The notes below the pieces were generated by a model. The model ran no database searches. It was not told the origin of the DNA and saw only the letters and a list, made by a program, of their open reading frames with translations. Positions 57,503-64,000 of a DNA stretch of 64,000 nucleotides are shown here, one piece after another. This DNA comes from a virus. The stretch is from IMG/VR virus record IMGVR_UViG_3300025426_000014; one strand, given 5' to 3'. The position numbers were made by a program, and so were the translations under genes. Position 1 is the first letter of the stretch, and each line of letters starts with the position of its first letter.

Positions 57503-57549
57503 AAAACACACATTATAACCCCAAAAATATATCATGTGTGTATGTGTGG

Positions 57550-57578
57550 TTGACTAGGTGCCCCGAATCCAGTATAAT
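57550..57578 (+). promoter_or_regulatory. sigma70 promoter
   Basis: TTGACT-17-TATAAT followed by CA-rich leader. Confidence 0.75.
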
Positions 57579-57616
57579 ATTAACTTCTAAACACACACAC
57601 GCATATATACACGCAT

Positions 57617-58090
57617 ATGACTGAACAAGAAATAGACAGCATTTTGGCTTTGGGCGACCGAGTAATCATGGACATGGCCTGGGATGTTTTGATGTCGGGC
57701 AACAGCAAGTGGTTGTACCAAAGAATCGATGAGGAAACTGGCACCAAGCTCAGTACCGTGCTACATGGCATGAAACTGCGTGCCACCAAGTGCTGGAATC
57801 GTAGTCAACGCATGGGTTTTGACTACGGTCTAGACATGCAGGATCTAACCCGACTGTGGATCACGCAACGGGGACGATGCGTTATAACCGGTATAGCCAT
57901 GAGCTTTGAAACATCAGCTGACCGTAATCCCCGTAGCTGTAGTGTGGACAGGATTCTCAGCTACAGGGGCTATACCAAGGACAACATTAGACTATGCAGT
58001 TTTTGGGCCAACAATGCCATGAATGCGTGGGGACGAGACCTCCTAGAAGAAATGATTAGAGCCAGCGCACAGCAAATGAACTTGGTATGA
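57617..58090 (+). CDS. HNH-like endonuclease domain protein
   Basis: LW..Q.GRC.ITG, SVDRI.S..GYTKDNIRLC...N. Confidence 0.7.
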   Translation: MTEQEIDSILALGDRVIMDMAWDVLMSGNSKWLYQRIDEETGTKLSTVLHGMKLRATKCWNRSQRMGFDYGLDMQDLTRLWITQRGRCVITGIAMSFETSADRNPRSCSVDRILSYRGYTKDNIRLCSFWANNAMNAWGRDLLEEMIRASAQQMNLV

Positions 58091-58272
58091 CAACATCAAT
58101 ACCCACTGTGATACTGAGTTTTTGGCTAGCAGTAAATGGTGTACCACAATGGGTTGAACAGGGGCGATATGCCACACCAGAAGCCTGTAGTCGCGCTGCG
58201 CGAAGCGCAACGAAAAACAATCCAACCCAAAACCCACCAGTGTGGCGCTGTATATACGCACAGCAACAATAA
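58087..58272 (+). CDS. Small Cys-pair hypothetical protein
   Basis: Coupled ATGA start; Y.T.EAC...WRC. Confidence 0.5.
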   Translation: MTTSIPTVILSFWLAVNGVPQWVEQGRYATPEACSRAARSATKNNPTQNPPVWRCIYAQQQ

Positions 58273-58315
58273 CAGTAACTCAGTCACACACACACAATAT
58301 AAGTAATGTGTATAT

Positions 58316-58600
58316 ATGTCAAGAATCACTAGCTTTGAACCCACTAACTACATCCAGCAACAACAGCATCAACAACAGTACGTGCCTGTGAAGTTTGAGT
58401 TTACAACAACAACGACGTCCACAGAACAGGAAGTGGCTAATAGACAAATACAGGAAAATATACGGCAAGCACTGGCCTATGTGGAACATGTACACGCTGA
58501 TCAAGAGTGGCAAGATCACGTATACAGTGACCTAGTGAGCCAAAGACAACATCAAGCCTACATAGCGAGCACCTACGGACTACTGGATATCACAGTGTAA
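58316..58600 (+). CDS. Gln/Thr-rich hypothetical protein
   Basis: 94-aa ORF. Confidence 0.5.
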   Translation: MSRITSFEPTNYIQQQQHQQQYVPVKFEFTTTTTSTEQEVANRQIQENIRQALAYVEHVHADQEWQDHVYSDLVSQRQHQAYIASTYGLLDITV

Positions 58601-58616
58601 GAAACTCCCTACTAGA

Positions 58617-59286
58617 TATATACACTATATACACAGCGTAAAAACCCCGCTGTAGAGGTCTAGTGTGAGAACGGTGAAACTATGGTTGAAGAACGGTGAA
58701 ACTATGGTTGACCATTCTACGATAGCCTCCCAACCTGTCAACCACGGTTCAACATTTTAGCCACAGATTTTCTCAAGTTTTTTCACCTTTTCGAGTCATT
58801 TTGGAGGGCATTCTGGCCTGTTTTACCACCTTTAGGCCGGGTTTTTTCACCGTTGATCATCGTGGTTATAAGCAGGTTTAAACACCCTAAATACAGTGAG
58901 TCCACAGTGAGTCTACGGTGACGACAACCCCCTGATTGCCCAAACCGTGGACTGATGTTATACTATATACAGTACATGAAAACCCCGCTGTAGACTTTAT
59001 ACTATATACTATATGACACTAAGCAAGGAAGAAGCAGATATACTAGCACTTAAACAGTATACACATGACTATGAGGATGCTGCTATACTGGCCTTTAGAG
59101 GAGACTTCTATACACTATACCAAGTGTTCCAGGAGCAGTTTGAAGCGCTAATCAACTATGACAGCACGGAAGACTGCATGGGCACCATAGTATACCGTAG
59201 CGGTGGGCGCATGATTGCCTACTATGACTGGGAGCGGTTCGCTGGCGCTGTACTATAAAACCCCGCTGTAGTATATAGTGTATATA
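58617..59286. repeat. Repeat-rich locus: 3x AAAACCCCGCTGTAG, 22-bp tandem, 16-bp inverted repeat
   Basis: 15-mer at 58641, 58979, 59257; agaacggtgaaactatggttga x2 at 58668/58690; tatatacactatatac (58617-32) / gtatatagtgtatata (59271-86). Confidence 0.85.
59013..59258 (+). CDS. Hypothetical protein
   Basis: 81 aa, flanked by two copies of the 15-mer; TTGCCC-17-TATACT at 58936-58964. Confidence 0.6.
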   Translation: MTLSKEEADILALKQYTHDYEDAAILAFRGDFYTLYQVFQEQFEALINYDSTEDCMGTIVYRSGGRMIAYYDWERFAGAVL

Positions 59287-59293
59287 GTGTGTA

Positions 59294-59455
59294 CTAGACC
59301 ACTAGATCCATGAACTGCTGTAGGACCTGATGATAAGCTTCTAGTTCCTGCTCTGAGAAGTCTTCCCTATGAGTTTCTATATACTGTAGAGTTTCTAGCA
59401 GGGGCATGTCTAGTTCCCAGCGGATGCTCATTATGGTGTTTAGGGCTTCACTCAT
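59294..59455 (-). CDS. Small hypothetical protein (53 aa)
   Basis: Not in track; GAGGAG SD; MSEALNTIMSIRWELDMPLLETLQYIETHREDFSEQELEAYHQVLQQFMDLVV, resembling 59894..60079. Confidence 0.65.
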   Translation of the reverse strand: MSEALNTIMSIRWELDMPLLETLQYIETHREDFSEQELEAYHQVLQQFMDLVV

Positions 59456-59458
59456 GGT

Positions 59459-59737
59459 TCACTCCTCGATCAAGTTCAGCATGTTGGCAGGCACTTTCCA
59501 AAGTCCTTCAATGGTTCTTACTGTTACGTACTTTTGAGCGATCTTGTTGACAGTGCCATTAACTGTGCGGCCCGTTTTAGTACTAGTAAAGTACACACTG
59601 TCGCCCAACATAAGGCTGCGGATCCGGTTTTTGCCCAGACGTGATTTGGCATACTTAATGGCTTCTTGTATACTGTTAAGTTCATCGTTGGTGTAGTTGC
59701 CGGCGATGATTGTGCTAGCGACGGTGTTTGCGTTCAT
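59459..59737 (-). CDS. Hypothetical early protein (SH3-like C-terminus)
   Basis: GD.V.F...G.V.KI..KYV.V....WKVP..ML; promoter TTGACA(59796-91)-17-TACAAT. Confidence 0.7.
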   Translation of the reverse strand: MNANTVASTIIAGNYTNDELNSIQEAIKYAKSRLGKNRIRSLMLGDSVYFTSTKTGRTVNGTVNKIAQKYVTVRTIEGLWKVPANMLNLIEE

Positions 59738-59833
59738 AGCGAGTGCCTTTCTAGTGTTGATGTGTGTATTGTACTACAGTGAGCTCAAAGTGTCAAGAGG
59801 TTTACAAAACTTTACATTCCGTTGTTTTTCTGC

Positions 59834-59891
59834 GATAATGGGGATAATCATTATCCAATACGATTATCGGGGATTATCTCCCCGGATTATC
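59834..59891. promoter_or_regulatory. Fur-box-like GATAAT/ATTATC hexamer array
   Basis: Six hexamers in 58 bp, including perfect 7-1-7 palindrome GGATAAT-C-ATTATCC (59841-59855). Confidence 0.5.
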
Positions 59892-59893
59892 AT

Positions 59894-60079
59894 TTAATCA
59901 ATAACCATATTAGCAAACTGCATTAACTCCGAATATGTTTCATCGTATGCGATAATCAAATCATTATCGATCTCAGCAAGTTCGTCATAATGATCGCCAA
60001 TATAACGTACAGCTTCAATTAATGTAAATCCAGTATCTCTAACATAATTTGCAAATACTACTAAATGATGACGTGACAT
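59894..60079 (-). CDS. Small acidic early protein
   Basis: AGGAG SD; promoter TTGCTC(60142-37)-17-TATAAT(60119-14). Confidence 0.7.
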   Translation of the reverse strand: MSRHHLVVFANYVRDTGFTLIEAVRYIGDHYDELAEIDNDLIIAYDETYSELMQFANMVID

Positions 60080-60267
60080 AATACTCCTATAATGTTTTAG
60101 TGTTTAAGCGTGTATTATACTGCGTTTTGGCTCAATGAGCAAGCAACTTTACAATTCGTTGTGTTTTTACAACGGTAGCTCACTTTACATAACTTTACAA
60201 TAAACTTGTTGACACGCTGGGCAAGAGCTTGTATAATACACACATACACTAAAAAGGAGCACTCACT

Positions 60268-60525
60268 ATGCTTACAAACTGCACTGCTTACGCTAAAATT
60301 GTAACTGTAAAGCGCACTAATACTCAGCGTGTTTTAGTAACTTTTGATAATACAAAAAAGGATAAACATAACTGCATTATAGTTAATAGCCATAATGCTG
60401 TATATAAAAGCGGGGACATTATAAATTTGGAAACTTATAATGCACAACAACGGGCCCATGCTATTGCTACAACTATGCAAAGTGTTAGAGATACCCTGCG
60501 TGTCAAAAACATTGTGCTAGTTTAA
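60268..60525 (+). CDS. Early hypothetical protein
   Basis: Own promoter and AGGAG SD. Confidence 0.75.
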   Translation: MLTNCTAYAKIVTVKRTNTQRVLVTFDNTKKDKHNCIIVNSHNAVYKSGDIINLETYNAQQRAHAIATTMQSVRDTLRVKNIVLV

Positions 60526-60588
60526 AAAAAGACTTGACAGCGGCGCCGTTCCGCTGTATAATACACACTTAAACACTAAAGGAGCACT

Positions 60589-60816
60589 ATGTCAAAAGCA
60601 CTTAACAAACGCATTGCCGACGCCTTCGCTACAATTTACGACCAGGGCGACAACGGGCTAGAATACATGGACGGCCATATTGCAATGGACCATGTGTTAA
60701 TGGAGCATTTTTACAACGACACGCTAGAGACTCTAAACAAAGAGGACAAAACAAAAATGGCAGTAATGTTAGAGGAAGTTGTAAGCGATATGTCGTTTGA
60801 CTTAGAGTCTTTTTGA
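60589..60816 (+). CDS. Early hypothetical acidic protein
   Basis: Own promoter and SD. Confidence 0.75.
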   Translation: MSKALNKRIADAFATIYDQGDNGLEYMDGHIAMDHVLMEHFYNDTLETLNKEDKTKMAVMLEEVVSDMSFDLESF

Positions 60817-60852
60817 TGTTATAATACACACATACACTAAAAGGAGCTGACA

Positions 60853-61068
60853 ATGTCTAACTACCCAAATATGAGCTATTGTATGTGCGAGAACACGCTG
60901 GCGGCCCTGCGTCAAGTGTTGAGCGCTATGCAGGAGGAAGGGCCCATGTTCCTGCAGGATATGAGCAGGGACGAGCGACGGGCTTTTGAACAGTTGTTCA
61001 ACGCTTGCGAAACTTTTGTCAATGTGGCAGAAGAGTTGGAAGAAGAGCTTGACACCGCTGAGTTTTGA
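60853..61068 (+). CDS. Early hypothetical protein
   Basis: NMSYCMCENT..AL N-terminal motif; own promoter and SD. Confidence 0.75.
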   Translation: MSNYPNMSYCMCENTLAALRQVLSAMQEEGPMFLQDMSRDERRAFEQLFNACETFVNVAEELEEELDTAEF

Positions 61069-61105
61069 TAGTATAATACATTTTTAACACACAAAGGAGC
61101 TGACT

Positions 61106-61246
61106 ATGGATTGGATAGAACTTGCGCTAGAGCAGATAGTTCGAGATGTTGAAGCAGGCGACTTGAGCGCCGTTGCTGAACTGTTGAAGTTTGTGCCCGA
61201 AGAGAATCTTATTGCTTTTTTACCTGAGGAGATCCAAAATGCCTAA
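61106..61246 (+). CDS. Early small protein (46 aa)
   Basis: Not in track; MDWIELALEQIVRDVEAGDLSAVAELLKFVPEENLIAFLPEEIQNA after promoter and AGGAG. Confidence 0.72.
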   Translation: MDWIELALEQIVRDVEAGDLSAVAELLKFVPEENLIAFLPEEIQNA

Positions 61247-61835
61247 TTGGTGCTATAACACTGTGGAACTGACCCACGAAGATCCCACTATGATTGCTCG
61301 TGCAAAGTCCGCGTTCTTAGACAAAGGCTTGCTCAATGAGTTCGTGCCCATTCCTGAAGAACTCAAGATCACCGCAGGCTGCTTAGGAGAAGGTGCTGAA
61401 CAAGCGGCTCTCGAAGCACGAGAAGCAGCCAACTTGGAGAAGCATGGCTACCGCAACTGGTATGACTACTGCGTCAACGAGTGGGGTACCAAGTGGGATG
61501 TCACTGGACAAGAAGTCAACGATATCCCCAACGGTGTGATCCTGACCTTTGATTCGGCTTGGGCACCTCCCACTGGTGCCTATGACAAGCTCTTGGATTT
61601 GGGCTTTGAAGTTCGTGCTATGTATTACGAACCCGGCATGGGTTTCTGCGGTGTTTGGGACAATGGACAGGACGATGAGTATAGTTTGGGCGGCTTGAAC
61701 AGCGATGAAGTAGCGGAGCTCTTGCCCCCTGAACTCGATGAAGCCTATGGTATCTCTGAGTCCATTGCTGAGTATGAGGACGAGGAAAATATCGACATCG
61801 AGTTAAACGGCGGTATTGACAGCATCAACGAATGA
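61239..61835 (+). CDS. DUF1281/Api92-like (YubB ferredoxin-like) protein
   Basis: MPNWC.N start (corrected to ATG 61239), WY.Y....WGTKWD, F.SAWAPP, YYEPGMGFCG. Confidence 0.8.
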   Translation: MPNWCYNTVELTHEDPTMIARAKSAFLDKGLLNEFVPIPEELKITAGCLGEGAEQAALEAREAANLEKHGYRNWYDYCVNEWGTKWDVTGQEVNDIPNGVILTFDSAWAPPTGAYDKLLDLGFEVRAMYYEPGMGFCGVWDNGQDDEYSLGGLNSDEVAELLPPELDEAYGISESIAEYEDEENIDIELNGGIDSINE

Positions 61836-61872
61836 CTGTATAATACATACTTACACACTAAGGAGCACCACT

Positions 61873-62247
61873 ATGCAATACTATGACACACTGACTAAGT
61901 TTGAACGCAACGGTTTGACTGTCATCGTTGACAAGACCTATGAGGACTTGAGCCCACGGGACTTGTTTGAAGAATCGGATGTTGATGAGATCATCCGCAA
62001 GATTGATCGTGGCATCTACGATTGGTTTATGTTGCGTGTTCGTGTTATGTTTGAAGACTTGGAACTGGCTAGTGAGTATTTGGGTGGATGTTGCTATGAA
62101 GACGCCAAGGAAGTGCTCACTGACGGTGTTGCCGAAGACTTGATCTTCGAGGCCATGGCTCACGCCCAAAAGCGAGTCTCAGACTTGGCCAATAAGTTCA
62201 CATTGAAAACTTGGGAACTGGCAATGGTTGACAAAGAGTTGGCTTGA
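61873..62247 (+). CDS. Early hypothetical protein
   Basis: Start corrected to ATG 61873 after promoter/AGGAG; SEYLGGCCYED motif. Confidence 0.75.
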   Translation: MQYYDTLTKFERNGLTVIVDKTYEDLSPRDLFEESDVDEIIRKIDRGIYDWFMLRVRVMFEDLELASEYLGGCCYEDAKEVLTDGVAEDLIFEAMAHAQKRVSDLANKFTLKTWELAMVDKELA

Positions 62248-62282
62248 TAGTATAATACATACTTCACAACAAGGAGAGGGCT

Positions 62283-62495
62283 ATGGCATATCGCGTTTTG
62301 GACACTGTGGATCGTATGCGCGACAAGTATGGCCCCCGTAAGGGGCTGGAAGGTCCCTTTAACTTCTCGGGTCGTGTGTTGTACTATGATCCCAAGGAAG
62401 GGCAGTACTATGATCCTACCACAGACTTCTATGTGAGCCAAGAGGATATGGATTTTATCAACAAAGAGTTTATGGATAGGTTTCGAGCGGCATGA
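62283..62495 (+). CDS. Early hypothetical protein
   Basis: GLEGPF..SGRVLYYDPKEGQYYDPTTDFYV; own promoter. Confidence 0.75.
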   Translation: MAYRVLDTVDRMRDKYGPRKGLEGPFNFSGRVLYYDPKEGQYYDPTTDFYVSQEDMDFINKEFMDRFRAA

Positions 62496-62713
62496 ATGAA
62501 CGACTACAGTGGGCCGGCACGGCCTGCTTCATGGTGATGTACGTGTTAATGAGCTTCTTCCCTGAACTGCATCCTTGGAATGTGGTAGCGGGAACGTTAG
62601 GGGGCTTATTCTATATGGCATGGAGTCTGCGTGTCAAGAATCGGCCGCAGATCATTACAAACGGCGTAGGCATCACTGTCTGCGTCTGTGGATTAATAAA
62701 ATATTTTGGTTGA
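62492..62713 (+). CDS. Small membrane protein
   Basis: Three hydrophobic segments; ATGA-coupled. Confidence 0.7.
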   Translation: MNERLQWAGTACFMVMYVLMSFFPELHPWNVVAGTLGGLFYMAWSLRVKNRPQIITNGVGITVCVCGLIKYFG

Positions 62714-62759
62714 CAAAGCAGCGTTTTGGTTGTATAATACAATTTTAGGAGCAGCAGAA

Positions 62760-62996
62760 ATGATTCTAGCACACACTCTCAAGACACTTATCTCATTTGA
62801 AGCACCCATGCTGAGTAGTTTGGCTGGGGAAGAATACACTGGCGCTGAGTTCCTGGGTATCACCAACGGCGGCGAGTTTTGCTATACCGTAAACTTCCTG
62901 GTCAAAGGTGGCACTGACAGCAAAAAAGTATTCCTGAGATTTGATGCAGGCAGCGTGAAATTGGTTGACAAAGAACACGCTTGGCACTATAATTAA
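62760..62996 (+). CDS. Early hypothetical protein
   Basis: Start corrected to ATG 62760; FLGITNGGEFCY motif. Confidence 0.7.
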   Translation: MILAHTLKTLISFEAPMLSSLAGEEYTGAEFLGITNGGEFCYTVNFLVKGGTDSKKVFLRFDAGSVKLVDKEHAWHYN

Positions 62997-63020
62997 GACT
63001 TACACACACTAGGAGCACAC

Positions 63021-63260
63021 ATGAAAGTATCAGCACTCATCGAAATGTTGCGTGACTTCCCAGAAGATGCCGAAGTCCATTTCTCGTATAACTACGGCGA
63101 TCACTGGCGTACTGAAGTCGCTCCCCGTGTGAACCAAGTGTTCGAGGGCATTGTCAAACATAGTGACTATCACCGTATGGACAAGCTCATGGACGAGCAT
63201 GACATGTACGAAGATGAAGGCGACTTCGAAGGTACTCGCCGTGTAGTAGTTATTGGTTGA
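63021..63260 (+). CDS. Early hypothetical protein
   Basis: MKV..LIE.L...P.DAEV motif; own promoter. Confidence 0.75.
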   Translation: MKVSALIEMLRDFPEDAEVHFSYNYGDHWRTEVAPRVNQVFEGIVKHSDYHRMDKLMDEHDMYEDEGDFEGTRRVVVIG

Positions 63261-63315
63261 CAGTTGAGCAAAACGGCGTTATAATATACACTTAAACACA
63301 CTAGGAGTATTACAA

Positions 63316-63783
63316 ATGGGAACACGAAGCACTATCGCATTGGAATTCGCAGACGGTACCGTAGAGCAGATCTACTGCCACTGGGATGGCTACTTGGAAC
63401 ACAATGGCGCTATCCTGCGCGATCACTATTCAGATCCATTCGTATTGCGCGATTTGATTGACATGGGTGATATGAGTTCGCTGGGCAAGGTCATTGGTGA
63501 GGCACATCCGTTCAGCCCGCACTCTAGCCCAGAAGACAAGGCCCTGTACGAAGCCGCTCGTGAAGCAGGCTACTGCACATTCTACGCACGAGATCGTGGC
63601 GAGACTGGTGTAAGTGCCAAGAAGTTCGCAGACTTTGAGGACTACAGAAAGAATCACCAGTATGAAGAATACGAATACATCCTGCGCAACATCGACGGCC
63701 GGGCCACTTGGTTCGTTGATGATCACGGCGGCGGCTATGTAACATTGGCAGAAGCATTTCAAAAGGAAGAGGTCGCAGCATGA
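63316..63783 (+). CDS. Early hypothetical protein
   Basis: MGTRS.I, IYCHWDGY, FYARDRGE, EEYEY motifs. Confidence 0.78.
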   Translation: MGTRSTIALEFADGTVEQIYCHWDGYLEHNGAILRDHYSDPFVLRDLIDMGDMSSLGKVIGEAHPFSPHSSPEDKALYEAAREAGYCTFYARDRGETGVSAKKFADFEDYRKNHQYEEYEYILRNIDGRATWFVDDHGGGYVTLAEAFQKEEVAA

Positions 63784-63953
63784 GCAAGATGAATGAACTG
63801 AACTACGAGATTGAACAACTCTACATCGAGGGCTATCGCCCTTCGACCATAGCCACAAGGCTTGGCATCGCTGTGGACATTGTCTATCAGTGGATTGAAA
63901 ACGAGAGCCTGGCTCAAAGTGAGTATGATCCCTACGAAACAATCAATTCATAA
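63780..63953 (+). CDS. Small helix-turn-helix-like protein (57 aa)
   Basis: Not in track; ATGA-coupled; IEQLYIEGY.PSTIATRLGIAVDIVYQWI resembles an HTH. Confidence 0.6.
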   Translation: MSKMNELNYEIEQLYIEGYRPSTIATRLGIAVDIVYQWIENESLAQSEYDPYETINS

Positions 63954-64000
63954 GTGTTGTGAAAATACAACACAAAAAGAGTTGACAGATAAACCATTTG

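Larger units (their letters stand above)
60209..63987 (+). promoter_or_regulatory. Array of near-consensus sigma70 early promoters
   Basis: TTGACA/TTGACT-17-TATAAT with -35 at 60209, 60534, 60797, 61049, 61816, 62228, 62710, 62965, 63257 (another TTGACA at 63982, -10 beyond window end); each followed by an A/C-rich leader and AGGAG. Confidence 0.9.

Noticed and set aside
58668-58711. 22-bp direct repeat and spaced 15-mers as a mini-CRISPR array
   Set aside because: The 22-mers are adjacent with no spacer, the 15-mers are ~280-340 bp apart, and no cas genes are present.
61191-62759. Track start sites 61191, 61816, 62706 (also 37075, 54815, 7305)
   Set aside because: They run through promoters or upstream genes; downstream ATGs with SDs or coupled stops are better supported.
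433-63942. Numerous 60-170 aa antisense or alternate-frame ORFs in the track (e.g. 5818+, 14321+, 19697+, 56263+, 63430-)
   Set aside because: They are shadows of well-supported genes, with no SD, promoter or recognisable motif.
1-64000. tRNA/rRNA genes, introns, inteins, integrase or IS elements
   Set aside because: No cloverleaf with D/T-loop consensus in intergenic DNA and no splice or transposase signatures found by eye; tRNAscan-SE/Infernal would be needed to exclude them fully.

Overview
A 64-kb segment of a large tailed dsDNA phage (jumbo, myovirus-like), standard genetic code. The host is probably a Gram-negative proteobacterium, judging by the lipoprotein spanin and the proteobacterial-type IscU/ErpA/IF-1. 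Layout: (1) 1-1.9 kb complete lysis cassette (3TM holin with FG/Gly tail, o- and i-spanins, GH19 endolysin). (2) 1.9-7.3 kb PhoH, dCMP deaminase, clamp loader, GroES and a stand-alone DnaE fragment. (3) 7.3-18.8 kb baseplate/tail-fibre genes. (4) 18.9-23.4 kb HNH, IF-1, ATP-dependent ligase, iscU-iscA-erpA and a SleB-type hydrolase. (5) 23.4-50.4 kb, a ~27-kb co-oriented glycan synthesis/tailoring island: split ThDP E1-like enzyme, RmlC, 3 SDR epimerase/reductases, 5 SGNH domains, 2 methyltransferases, 2 2OG-Fe(II) oxygenases, 3 GT10-like proteins, 1 B12-radical SAM and 5 twitch/SPASM radical SAM enzymes, plus a repeat-bearing GT-A. (6) 50.4-57.3 kb virion proteins, two GT9-like genes and a GIY-YIG remnant. 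(7) 57.5-64 kb early region of tiny genes, most with their own near-consensus sigma70 promoter embedded in the previous gene's 3' end. Most striking observations: a prfB(RF2)-like +1 frameshift signal (AGG GGG TTG GGG TGA C) inside a conserved glycosyltransferase motif; the radical-SAM/ThDP glycan island next to Fe-S assembly genes; a Fur-box-like GATAAT array in the early region; a two-state RNA leader on phoH; and a repeat-rich locus at 58.6-59.3 kb that may be an origin or genome terminus. All family assignments are from motif recognition by eye; no searches were run.
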